A stretch of 38,669 nucleotides of DNA from Candidatus Sumerlaeia bacterium. GTDB lineage: Bacteria; Sumerlaeota; Sumerlaeia; SLMS01. Where the stretch lies: assembly GCA_038208905.1 (NCBI GenBank), contig JBBQYG010000017.1:1-38669 (forward strand), read 5' to 3'. Positions 1 through 8,596 of this stretch are shown one piece after another. A program made the position numbers and the translations under genes. Positions within the stretch are counted from its first letter, which is position 1; every line of letters starts with the position of its first letter. The notes under the pieces are model-generated. The model saw only the letters and a program-made list of their open reading frames with translations, did no database searches and was not told the DNA's origin.

Positions 1-30
1 TTTGGCCACTGGGAACATCGGGGTGACGCG

Positions 31-1299
31 ATGAAATTCATTCTTTCGGCAGGCATTCGGTGCTCGGCGGCAACCCTAGCCTTTCTGTGCTGGTGTGCCC
101 CTTCCACCGCGCAGGACATGGCGCCGGAGGACATGGAACCGTCGAGCGAGCGGAACCCCGAGGAGATACGCCGTGGCATCCGCATGGGTGGCGAGGACGG
201 CAAGTCGAGGGAGCAGGTCAGCTATGAGCGGATCATCGCCCGGGTTGAGCCCACGCTGAAGGGAAGCACCGACCGGCTCTCCGTCTATACGAATCTCTTC
301 GAGTCGGAGATGATCCACGACACGCGCCTTTTCGCGGCCTCGGTCACGGCGACCGCCGATGCGGAGTCGGGCGCGGTGACGCTCGCGGGATACGTGCCCT
401 TCGAGGAGAACAAGATCGCCCTCGGCAAGCTGTTCCAGTACCTCGGATTCGAGAATGTCATCAACGAGGCGGAAGTCCTTCCGTCCGCGGACCTGGGCGA
501 GAATCGCTTCGCCATCGTGACGGCCACGCGTACCAGAACATACGACAAGCCGACCGAACCGCGCGAGACGATGAACGAGGCGCTGATGGGCGACACGGTG
601 TTCCTGCTCAAGGAGTCGGAGAACGGATTTTTTCTCTGCGCCACGTCGGAGGGATACATCTCGCAAATCGACGGTACCGATCTGGTGCGCGTAAACGCGG
701 CGCGGCTGACGGCCTACAACGAGGGGCCGCGGGCGGTGCCCTTGCGCAACGCGCGGGTGGATGGATCGGATCGCGTGCTTCCCGTAGGGGCGAGGCTGAA
801 ACTGATCGCCGGCGAGGAGGGCGGGCCGCTGCGTGTCCTTTTGCCAGATGGCGTCGAGGTGGACCTGGCGGCGGGTGCGGCGCGCGTTTACTCCGACGAC
901 ACCGATGCCCGCGCGGAGGCGGCCATCGCCGTGGCTGAAGACCTGTATGCGACGGACTACGTGTGGGGCGGCAATTCGAGCGACGGAATCGACTGCTCGG
1001 GTCTGGTGCAGACTTCGTATAGAACGCAGGGCGTGAGCCTGGCGCGCGACGCCTATCAGCAGGCGGTGTCGGGTCGGCTCGTCGCGACGCGGTGGTATCG
1101 CGAAGGGCTACGCCGCGGCGACCTGCTCTACTTCATCGGCGCCAACGGGCGCATTTCCCACACGGCGATCTATATTGGCGACGACATGATGATCGAGGCC
1201 TCGGGGACGGTAAAGTACACGAGCATGAACCCGCTCGACGCGAACTATGACGCGCGACGGTACTACGGTTTTGCCTTTGCGAAGCGACTTTTTCAATAG
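31..1299 (+). CDS. Secreted NlpC/P60 (C40) peptidoglycan peptidase with BON-like and SH3-like N-terminal domains (YkfC-like)
   Basis: N-terminal signal peptide ending PSTA-Q. C-terminal YVWGG..GIDCSGLVQ..LARDAYQQ..GDLLYF..HTAIYIG matches NlpC/P60. VTLAGYV..K..GFENVINE is BON-like. ETMNEALMGDTV..EGYI is SH3b-like. Confidence 0.85.
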   Translation: MKFILSAGIRCSAATLAFLCWCAPSTAQDMAPEDMEPSSERNPEEIRRGIRMGGEDGKSREQVSYERIIARVEPTLKGSTDRLSVYTNLFESEMIHDTRLFAASVTATADAESGAVTLAGYVPFEENKIALGKLFQYLGFENVINEAEVLPSADLGENRFAIVTATRTRTYDKPTEPRETMNEALMGDTVFLLKESENGFFLCATSEGYISQIDGTDLVRVNAARLTAYNEGPRAVPLRNARVDGSDRVLPVGARLKLIAGEEGGPLRVLLPDGVEVDLAAGAARVYSDDTDARAEAAIAVAEDLYATDYVWGGNSSDGIDCSGLVQTSYRTQGVSLARDAYQQAVSGRLVATRWYREGLRRGDLLYFIGANGRISHTAIYIGDDMMIEASGTVKYTSMNPLDANYDARRYYGFAFAKRLFQ

Positions 1300-1332
1300 G
1301 ACGAGACGGACGAATTCCCGGAAGGATGGAAG

Positions 1333-2628
1333 ATGAAACAGAACAGCGCTCCCTATCGCGTCGGGCTCATCGGATTTGGCAATATTGGCTCGGGCCTTGT
1401 GAGGCACTTGGTCGAGCATCGCGACCTGATCGCGGCGCGGCTGGGGCGCCCGCTGGAGCTGGTGGAGATTGCCGACAAGGAGTTCGACCGCCCCCGCGAC
1501 GTGACGCCGCCCCCATCCGTTCGGCTGACGACGAATTGGCGTGAGCTGGCGACGTCGCCCGATATCGATGGGGTGGTGGAGCTGGTGGGCGTGGGCGCGG
1601 ACGGCAAGCCGACGTTGGCGCTGGACATCGCGAAGACGGTGCTGGGCGCGGGGAAGGATTTCGTGACGGCCAACAAGGGCCTGATCGCGCCCCACGGCGC
1701 GGAGCTTCACGCCCTCGCGGCGAAGTCCGGCGCGCTTTGCCTCTACGAGGCGAGCGTGGGCGCGGGAATCCCGCTGATTGGCGCGATGCAGCTCTCCCTG
1801 GCGGGAAACGAATTCAACGCGATCCACGGTATCGTGAACGGCACCTGCAACTACATCCTGACAAACATCGACCGCGACCCGGCGCTGACGATGGACGCCG
1901 CCGTGGCGGATGCACAACGGCTTGGCTATGCGGAACCCGATCCGACGTTCGACGTGGAGGGACATGACACGGCTTATAAGATCGTCATCCTTGCGTCGCT
2001 CGCGTTTGGCCAGCGGTTCCGGTTCGAGGACGTGCGGCTGGACGGCATCACGAAGCTGGGTGCACCGGAGTTCGAGTATGCGCGCAAGAGCGGGCACAGC
2101 CTGAAGCTCATGGCATCGGCAATACGGCGCGCGGGCGGCGTCGAGCTGATCGTCGGCCCGGCGTTCGTTCCCAACGATCATGTGGTGGCGGGCGTTCGCG
2201 GCGTTTTCAACACGGTGCTGATCCAGGCGGATCCCATCGGCGACACGCTCTACTATGGTCGCGGCGCGGGACAGGGTAGCACGGGCAGCGGGCTGGTGGC
2301 CGACCTGATGCTGGCGGCGCGCACGCGCTCGGGTGGCGCGGCGAATCCCTATCCGCTTTCGATACCCGAAATTGCCGCGCGCGTCGCGGTGCCGGGTGAG
2401 TGCGTGGCGAAGCGCTACCTCCGCGTGGGAGGGAGTGCAGCGAGCGTCTCCGCGGCGAAGGGTGTGGGCCTCCCCGGAAATGTTGTCTCCGAGGGGCCGG
2501 GACACGTGGCCGTGGTGGCCGATGATCTCACGGTGGCGGAGTGCGACAAAGCCCTTGGCAAGCTTACCGCCGCGGGTGTGTCCTTGCGCGAGATCGTCAT
2601 CGGTCGATTCCCGTTTCCCGAATCGTAG
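1333..2628 (+). CDS. hom: Homoserine dehydrogenase
   Basis: GLIGFGNIG Rossmann motif, VTANKG, YEASVGAGIP, GIVNGTCNYIL, GYAEPDPTFDVEGHD and YGRGAG motifs. The C-terminal ACT-like region is degenerate. Confidence 0.95.
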   Translation: MKQNSAPYRVGLIGFGNIGSGLVRHLVEHRDLIAARLGRPLELVEIADKEFDRPRDVTPPPSVRLTTNWRELATSPDIDGVVELVGVGADGKPTLALDIAKTVLGAGKDFVTANKGLIAPHGAELHALAAKSGALCLYEASVGAGIPLIGAMQLSLAGNEFNAIHGIVNGTCNYILTNIDRDPALTMDAAVADAQRLGYAEPDPTFDVEGHDTAYKIVILASLAFGQRFRFEDVRLDGITKLGAPEFEYARKSGHSLKLMASAIRRAGGVELIVGPAFVPNDHVVAGVRGVFNTVLIQADPIGDTLYYGRGAGQGSTGSGLVADLMLAARTRSGGAANPYPLSIPEIAARVAVPGECVAKRYLRVGGSAASVSAAKGVGLPGNVVSEGPGHVAVVADDLTVAECDKALGKLTAAGVSLREIVIGRFPFPES

Positions 2629-2658
2629 AACGGGGAGCGCGCCGCGAAGGGAGCAATC

Positions 2659-3111
2659 ATGGATTCGAAGAAACTACTCCTCCACATGTCCCACCGCCTC
2701 TATGAGGACATCAAGTTCGTCACAGCCCAGAATCCGACTCAAATCGTAGACGACGACGGGGTGCGTGCATTCAACAACCTGTTGGCGAAAACGCGCAAGT
2801 ACTTCGCCCGGTGCGAATTCACAGGCGATTTTACCGACTGGTCCCCGCGCACGATCAAGTACAAGGATGCCATGGTGAGCGCAGGGCAATTGTTTGCGAT
2901 GATTGAGGCGCTCGTCGTTGTCCAGCCCGCGCCGTCCTACTACGATTCGCCAGTGGGCAGCGGGTCGTATCGCGAGCCCACGACCGACTCGACGCTCGCG
3001 GGGCCAAGTGAGTCTGGATCCGCCCGGGTGTCCACTGACGACGATCTGTATGGCTCCAACCCGCCACCGGTGCGCAACGCGGACGGCACAATTCCGTTCC
3101 GGCTCGACTAA
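2659..3111 (+). CDS. Hypothetical protein (150 aa): helical N-terminal domain and Ser/Pro/Asp-rich tail
   Basis: AGGGAG RBS upstream of ATG 2659. Codon usage is gene-like, and the stop overlaps the convergent ispF stop. No family recognised. Confidence 0.7.
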   Translation: MDSKKLLLHMSHRLYEDIKFVTAQNPTQIVDDDGVRAFNNLLAKTRKYFARCEFTGDFTDWSPRTIKYKDAMVSAGQLFAMIEALVVVQPAPSYYDSPVGSGSYREPTTDSTLAGPSESGSARVSTDDDLYGSNPPPVRNADGTIPFRLD

Positions 3112-3611
3112 CTTCTATAGAGCAGCACGGTCGCCATCGCGGCGATGCCCTCTCCCCTGCCGATGAATCCCATGCCCTCGTTGGTGGTAGCCTTGATGCC
3201 TACGCGGGTGGCGGGCGTCGCGATGTCCGCCGCGATGTTGACCTTCATCGCGGGGATGTGGGGGGCGATCTTGGGGCGTTCGGCCACCAGGACCAAGTCA
3301 CAATTGGCGACGCGCCAACCGAGTTCGCCGACGAGGCGAATCACCTCGCGCAGGAGCGCCCGCGAATCGGCGCCGCGCCACCGCTCGTGGGTGTTGGGAA
3401 AGTAGTGACCAATATCCGGCAGCCCCGCCGCCCCCAGGATTGCGTCGCAGAGTGCGTGAAGCAGCGCGTCCGCGTCGCTGTGCCCCAGAAGGCCACGGTC
3501 GCAGGGAATGGTGACGCCGCCGAGGACCAGCGGACGACCCTCCGCGAAGGGGTGGACGTCGTAGCCGTATCCGACGGCGATTGGTGGCGGGGCAGGGTCG
3601 TTGGCTTCCAT
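3108..3611 (-). CDS. ispF: 2-C-methyl-D-erythritol 2,4-cyclodiphosphate synthase
   Basis: GYGYDVH, GHSDAD..LHALCDAILGA, DIGHYFP, PKIAPH and KATTNEGMGFIGRGEGIAA motifs. Start reassigned to ATG 3611. Confidence 0.96.
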   Translation of the reverse strand: MEANDPAPPPIAVGYGYDVHPFAEGRPLVLGGVTIPCDRGLLGHSDADALLHALCDAILGAAGLPDIGHYFPNTHERWRGADSRALLREVIRLVGELGWRVANCDLVLVAERPKIAPHIPAMKVNIAADIATPATRVGIKATTNEGMGFIGRGEGIAAMATVLLYRS

Positions 3612-3721
3612 GGGTGGAAAACTGGCGCGAGTGGGTGACGGGCTCAACGGGAGTCTCTGGTTGTCCCCGCGCGCCGGAACACCGACACTTACTCCAGATG
3701 GGCCCACCCGGAGGCGAGACG

Positions 3722-4501
3722 ATGCATGTGACCGTGATCACCGGCGCCAGCATGGGAATTGGCGAGGAGTTTGCCCGCCAGTTGGCGGCGCGGCGTCACA
3801 ACCTGCTTCTGATCGCGCGCAGCGAGGATCGCCTGCGCGAGCTGGCCGCCGATCTGGAGCAGCGCTACGGAATCACGGCCCGTGTTTTTCCCTGCGATCT
3901 TGCCCGAGAGGGCGCCGCAGCGCGAGTTCACAAGTTTCTGGTCGAGGAGGGTATTCAACCCGCTTGGCTCATCAACAATGCCGGCTTTGGGCTGGTGGGG
4001 ACCGTGGACTCCATGGAGCCCCATCGACTTCACGACCTGATGATGCTGAACGTGGTCACGTTGGTGGACCTGACGCGGCTGCTGCTGCCGATGATGAGGC
4101 TCCATCGCGATTCGCGGATTATCAACGTGGCCTCCACCGCGGCGTTTCAGCCGATCCCGTTTTTTGCGGCCTATGCCGCGTCGAAGACCTTCGTGCTCCA
4201 CTTTTCCGAGGCGCTGTCGGAGGAAATGCGCGGCACCGACGTCAAGGTGCTGGCGCTGTGCCCGGGTCCTACTCCCACCAACTTCCACGTGGCTGCGGAA
4301 ATCGACGCGAAGGCCTTCGAGCAGGGCCAAAGCGCCGCGGAAGTCGTTCGCCTCGGACTTCTCGCCAGCGACCGCGGCCGCGCTGTCTTCGTGACCCAGC
4401 GCGCTTGGGCAAACCTCGGAATTCGCATCCTCCCACGCCTCGCGGTCCGATTTGTTACCGGCATGATCGCGCGGAAGATGCTGAAGAAGCATCAGGCGTA
4501 A
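3722..4501 (+). CDS. Short-chain dehydrogenase/reductase (SDR, DltE-like)
   Basis: TGASMGIG, NNAGFG, NVAS and YAASK catalytic motifs. GGAGG at ~3710 supports ATG 3722. Confidence 0.93.
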   Translation: MHVTVITGASMGIGEEFARQLAARRHNLLLIARSEDRLRELAADLEQRYGITARVFPCDLAREGAAARVHKFLVEEGIQPAWLINNAGFGLVGTVDSMEPHRLHDLMMLNVVTLVDLTRLLLPMMRLHRDSRIINVASTAAFQPIPFFAAYAASKTFVLHFSEALSEEMRGTDVKVLALCPGPTPTNFHVAAEIDAKAFEQGQSAAEVVRLGLLASDRGRAVFVTQRAWANLGIRILPRLAVRFVTGMIARKMLKKHQA

Positions 4502-4610
4502 CAGCGGGAAAAGGCAGCGAAAGACAGGGAACGGCAGGAAAAGGCAGGGGTCGGTACCGTTTTCTTCCTGCCGTTCCTGATTTTCCCTGCCGTTCCCTGC
4601 CTTTTCCCTC
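4502..4610. repeat. Imperfect ~105 bp inverted repeat built from 10-bp tandem units (A[A/C]GGCAGG[G/A]A), centred on the palindrome CGGTACCG
   Basis: Left arm acagcgggaa-aaggcagcga-aagacaggga-acggcaggaa-aaggcagggg. The reverse complement of 4561-4610 is gagggaa-aaggcaggga-acggcaggga-aaatcagga-acggcaggaa. Confidence 0.85.
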
Positions 4611-4672
4611 TCGACCCTGTGACTTGCCCGCTTGAAGCCTCCGCCCAACGCACTGCACGCGAAAGTTTCCCG

Positions 4673-7600
4673 ATGAACCCAAAAGCCAAGATCGCCCTGC
4701 TGCTGCTTATCGATGCGTTACTCCTCAGCCTGTGCTGGATCCTCGCCTATACCTTCCGATTCGATTTCTCGGTCCCGTCCAGCGAATCGCTGAATCAGGG
4801 CAACAACTACGCGCTTCAGTTGAAGTTGCTGCTGCCGTGGGTGCTTGCCAGCCATCTGGCGCTGCTTTGGGCGATGGGCCTGTACAAGGGGATCCTTAGC
4901 TATGCGGGCTCTCGCGAGGCGCAGGCAATCGCGGTGGCGGGGGCGATTCACTTCGTGCTACTGGGGGCGCTCAATGTCTTCATGGATTCGCGGGAGAGCC
5001 TTTTTGAACTCCCCCAGCGGTGGGTGGAAGGTGGGCCGGCGACGGAGGTGATCCGCGTTCCGTGGATTATCCTGGTGGTCTATGCGATGCTGGGGTCTGG
5101 CGCTGTGGCGTGCGTCCGCTTCTCGAAGCGCTGGGCACTCGAACGCTTGTCGGGCGGTGACTCCCGCGAGGCGCCCGCCACGCTGATTGTGGGGGCGGGG
5201 GATGTTGCCGATTCGTTGCTGCGCGATTTGCTGCGCTCGCCGAACCCGGGTTTTCGCCCTGTGTGCGCCGTGGCGGCGGTTTCCGCGCGGGTGGGACTCC
5301 GGCTCCACGGGATTCCGGTGGTGGGGACCATTGACAAGATTCCGGCGGTGATCGCCGATAGCAAGATAGAGCAGGTGCTCATCGCGCTGGACGACAGCTC
5401 GGCGACGGTCCTTCGCCAGGTGGTCGCCGCGTGCGAAAGCGCGGAGGTCTCCTTTCGAATCGTCCCGTCGCTGGGCGCCATCGAGCAAGGCCGGGTCGCG
5501 GTGTCGTCGGTTCGCGGGATCGAGATTGAAGACCTGTTGGGCCGCGACGCGGTGAGGATGGAGCTGCCCGCCGGCCAGAACTATCTGGTGGGCGAAACGG
5601 TTCTCGTCACGGGTGGCGGCGGATCCATCGGGTCCGAACTTGCGCGACAGGCGGCGCGGGCCGGCGCAGCGCGGATCGTGCTGCTTGGCAAGGGCGAGAA
5701 TTCGGTCTTCGAGATCGCGGCGGAAATGCGCGCGACGTATCCCAGCCTCACCATCGACGCCATTGTCGGAGACGTGCGCGATTCCGATCGGATGGAGCGC
5801 GTCTTCTCGCGTCACTCCCCCACTGTGGTCTTTCACGCGGCGGCACACAAGCACGTGCCCCTGATGGAAGACGCCGCCGACGAGGCCGTGAAGAACAACG
5901 TGCTGGGGACGGCAGTGGTCGCGAGCCTCGCGGCCCGCCACGGCGCCAAGCGATTCGTGCTGATTTCCTCCGACAAGGCCGTGAGCCCCGTGAGCGTGAT
6001 GGGCGCGACGAAGCGCCTGGCGGAGATGATCGTGCTCGCGATGGCGGGCCGGTCGGAGTGCCGCTTTGTGGCGGTGCGGTTTGGCAATGTGCTCGGTAGC
6101 CGCGGATCGGTGATCCCCCTCTTCCGAAAGCAGATCGAGCGCGGCGGACCCGTGACCGTGACGCACCCCGACGTGACGCGCTACTTCATGACGATCCCCG
6201 AGGCGGTGAGCCTTGTCCTGCAGGCGGGTAGTCGCGAGGAGAGCGGCTGTCTATACCTCCTCGACATGGGCGAGCCGATCCGCATTCGCGATCTGGCGCG
6301 CAACATGATCACTCTGGCGGGCCTTCGCCCCGATGTGGACATCAAGATCGAATACACGGGCCTGCGCCCGGGGGAGAAGCTCCACGAGGAGCTGATCACC
6401 GAGCACGAGGGCGCGCGCCGGACGGAGATCGCCAAGATATACTCCGCCCACCCGCCGCGCCTCCCCGCGTGGGGAGAGGTCGAGGGCCATCTGGCGGAGT
6501 TCAGGCGTCTCGTCGGCCGCGGCTCGCGCCGCGAGGTACTAGCCGCCCTCGCCGCCGCGATTCCCGACTACCATCCCTCGGAGATCGAAACGAATGACCG
6601 GGCTCCGGTCCCGGTGGCGACGGAAGAACCGGCGCCCTCACCCGGGGCGGGCGATTCCGAGTCCTCCCCGGCCGAATGGCAGACCTTTGCATCGTCCTTC
6701 GAGATCGAATCGCCCCTCACCGAGGAGGCCATCGAGAAACCCGACTTCATCGAGCACGATCTCTTCGACTTGGCCCTGTCGGAGGAAGCCCCCGTGGACG
6801 CAGATGCCGAGGGGATTTCCCGACCCGAGGAGCCGGCGGTGACTGAGGAGAGGGGTATTATCGAGGAAACTGTTGAAGCCTTTCTGGAAGAAATTGTGCC
6901 TGATCTTGGCTTGCCGGAGCATTCCCAGCCACTGGAGGAGTCGGCGCCCGACGAGGCTTTTGCTCCGCAGGAAGATTTCCTTGTTGAGCCGGTCGCCGAG
7001 GAGGCCGAACCTCCCGCCTCGCTTGAGACATACCCTGAAATGACTCCGCAGAAAATTCAAATTGAGGAATTCGTCCCCCCCATGTCCACCGCCACCAAGC
7101 CGACCTCCAACTCCAGCGCGCTGCTCGTTCTGCGTGTCTCCAAGGGGGTCAATAGCGATGACTTTGCCCTACTGGCCCAGCTTCTAAAAACCAAGATCAT
7201 GCGCGAGGGCGACAGCCTCGTGCTCCTCGCCGACTCCGACCAGATGGCATCCCTTCCGGCCGGTGCCGAGGTGATGGCGGCGGATGGCCGCCCCGGCGGC
7301 GCGCTGATCGCCGAGGCGCTTCGCAAGCACCCGGATGCAGGCATGCTTGTGACCTTCACGTCCGAGGTCGTTTTTAATGACGGCTCGCTCGATACGTTCG
7401 CGTCCGCCCTTCGGTCCGACGTCCCGTTGGCGTTTTCCAACTTCGACGAGAACCGCGATGGAGAGTCCAAGCCCGTCGCCCCCCATGATCACGAAGGCTG
7501 CCCCCACGAGCGATTCGAGTATGGCCCAGTGATCGCCTACCGCGCGAGCGCGATCCGATTCGTGGGAGGTATTCGCGAGGACCTGCACTTCGCGTGGGAA

Positions 7601-8596
7601 TACGACCTGCACCTGAAGCTGATGGAGTCGGGGCATTTCGTTGCCGTCCGCGAGTCGCTCTACACGAACTTTCTCCCCTCGGCAAAGGACGGCAAGGGCT
7701 CGGCGGTTTACTCGCCCGGCATGGGCCCGCTAGGCGGATTCAGCTATGTTTTCTACCCCGAAAACATGGAGCGCGAAGTCACCGGTGCTTGGGAGGACGC
7801 GCTTCGCCGACGAAAGGCGTGGATCGACCATGCCTCGGTGCCGGTTAACCAAGGCGGCCGCCACTACGAGGTTATGGGCTCCATCGTAATCCCGATCCTC
7901 GACCGCGTGAAGTTCATCGCCAACGCCATCGCGAAAGTCCAAAGCGGCACGTTTCAGGACTTCGAGATGATCATCATCGACAATGGATCGACCGACGGCA
8001 CCATCGACTTGGTGAAGGGAATCGCGGAGCAGGACAGCCGGATCCGCCTGATTCACGGCACCGGGGGCACCATTGCCTCGGCGCTGAACGAGGGCATCCG
8101 CGCCGCGCTCGGCAAGTATATCTGCCAGCTCGACAGCGACGACGAGTACGCCCCCACGACACTGGGAGACATGCTGGGTCATCTGGAGACGCATCCCAAC
8201 TGTGGCCTCGCGATCAGCTACTACCGCTTGATGGACGAGCACGCACGAATTATCGACGATATCGCCCCGATCACGCACTCGGGATACAGCCGGAACCAGA
8301 TTCTCCGCCGCGACGGAGGCGGGGCGGTCCGCATTTTCCCCAAGGTGGTGCTGGAGGAGTTTGGCCTCTACGACGAGGTCCACTATGGGAACTTTGGCGA
8401 GGACTATGACATGGTTCTCAAGGTCGGCGAGAAATACGATGTGGACCGGGTACACAAGGTGCTTTACCATTACCGTCGCCATTCCGACAACACCGACGTG
8501 ACGCGGGATCCGGCCATGAAGTACAAGAACAAGAACCGCTCTCGCCAAGAGGCGCTCAAGCGGCGCATCACCATTAACAAGGCACTGGGCAAGTAA
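4673..8596 (+). CDS. Fusion protein: PglF/CapD/WbpM-type membrane NDP-sugar 4,6-dehydratase, acidic Pro/Glu linker, and tandem GT2 glycosyltransferase domains (~1307 aa)
   Basis: N-terminal TM helices, then IEDLLGR, TGGGGSIGSEL, HAAAHKHVP, SSDKAV.P.SVMGATKR, RFGNVLGSRGSV and GLRPGEKLHEEL. Linker ~6595-7081. C-terminus has SIVIP..IDNGSTDGT..LDSDD..GEDYD (GT2). One uninterrupted frame. Confidence 0.88.
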   Translation: MNPKAKIALLLLIDALLLSLCWILAYTFRFDFSVPSSESLNQGNNYALQLKLLLPWVLASHLALLWAMGLYKGILSYAGSREAQAIAVAGAIHFVLLGALNVFMDSRESLFELPQRWVEGGPATEVIRVPWIILVVYAMLGSGAVACVRFSKRWALERLSGGDSREAPATLIVGAGDVADSLLRDLLRSPNPGFRPVCAVAAVSARVGLRLHGIPVVGTIDKIPAVIADSKIEQVLIALDDSSATVLRQVVAACESAEVSFRIVPSLGAIEQGRVAVSSVRGIEIEDLLGRDAVRMELPAGQNYLVGETVLVTGGGGSIGSELARQAARAGAARIVLLGKGENSVFEIAAEMRATYPSLTIDAIVGDVRDSDRMERVFSRHSPTVVFHAAAHKHVPLMEDAADEAVKNNVLGTAVVASLAARHGAKRFVLISSDKAVSPVSVMGATKRLAEMIVLAMAGRSECRFVAVRFGNVLGSRGSVIPLFRKQIERGGPVTVTHPDVTRYFMTIPEAVSLVLQAGSREESGCLYLLDMGEPIRIRDLARNMITLAGLRPDVDIKIEYTGLRPGEKLHEELITEHEGARRTEIAKIYSAHPPRLPAWGEVEGHLAEFRRLVGRGSRREVLAALAAAIPDYHPSEIETNDRAPVPVATEEPAPSPGAGDSESSPAEWQTFASSFEIESPLTEEAIEKPDFIEHDLFDLALSEEAPVDADAEGISRPEEPAVTEERGIIEETVEAFLEEIVPDLGLPEHSQPLEESAPDEAFAPQEDFLVEPVAEEAEPPASLETYPEMTPQKIQIEEFVPPMSTATKPTSNSSALLVLRVSKGVNSDDFALLAQLLKTKIMREGDSLVLLADSDQMASLPAGAEVMAADGRPGGALIAEALRKHPDAGMLVTFTSEVVFNDGSLDTFASALRSDVPLAFSNFDENRDGESKPVAPHDHEGCPHERFEYGPVIAYRASAIRFVGGIREDLHFAWEYDLHLKLMESGHFVAVRESLYTNFLPSAKDGKGSAVYSPGMGPLGGFSYVFYPENMEREVTGAWEDALRRRKAWIDHASVPVNQGGRHYEVMGSIVIPILDRVKFIANAIAKVQSGTFQDFEMIIIDNGSTDGTIDLVKGIAEQDSRIRLIHGTGGTIASALNEGIRAALGKYICQLDSDDEYAPTTLGDMLGHLETHPNCGLAISYYRLMDEHARIIDDIAPITHSGYSRNQILRRDGGGAVRIFPKVVLEEFGLYDEVHYGNFGEDYDMVLKVGEKYDVDRVHKVLYHYRRHSDNTDVTRDPAMKYKNKNRSRQEALKRRITINKALGK

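Noticed and set aside
1108-2505. 465-aa antisense ORF over hom
   Set aside because: Shadow ORF typical of high-GC coding DNA. It is Arg/His-rich with no motifs and lies opposite a confident gene.
4502-4610. Possible mini-CRISPR array
   Set aside because: The units are 10 bp, contiguous, inverted in the second half, have no unique spacers, and there are no cas genes.
5995-6015. MxxxK in place of the SDR YxxxK in the dehydratase
   Set aside because: Normal for the PglF/CapD/WbpM subfamily and not a sign of inactivation.
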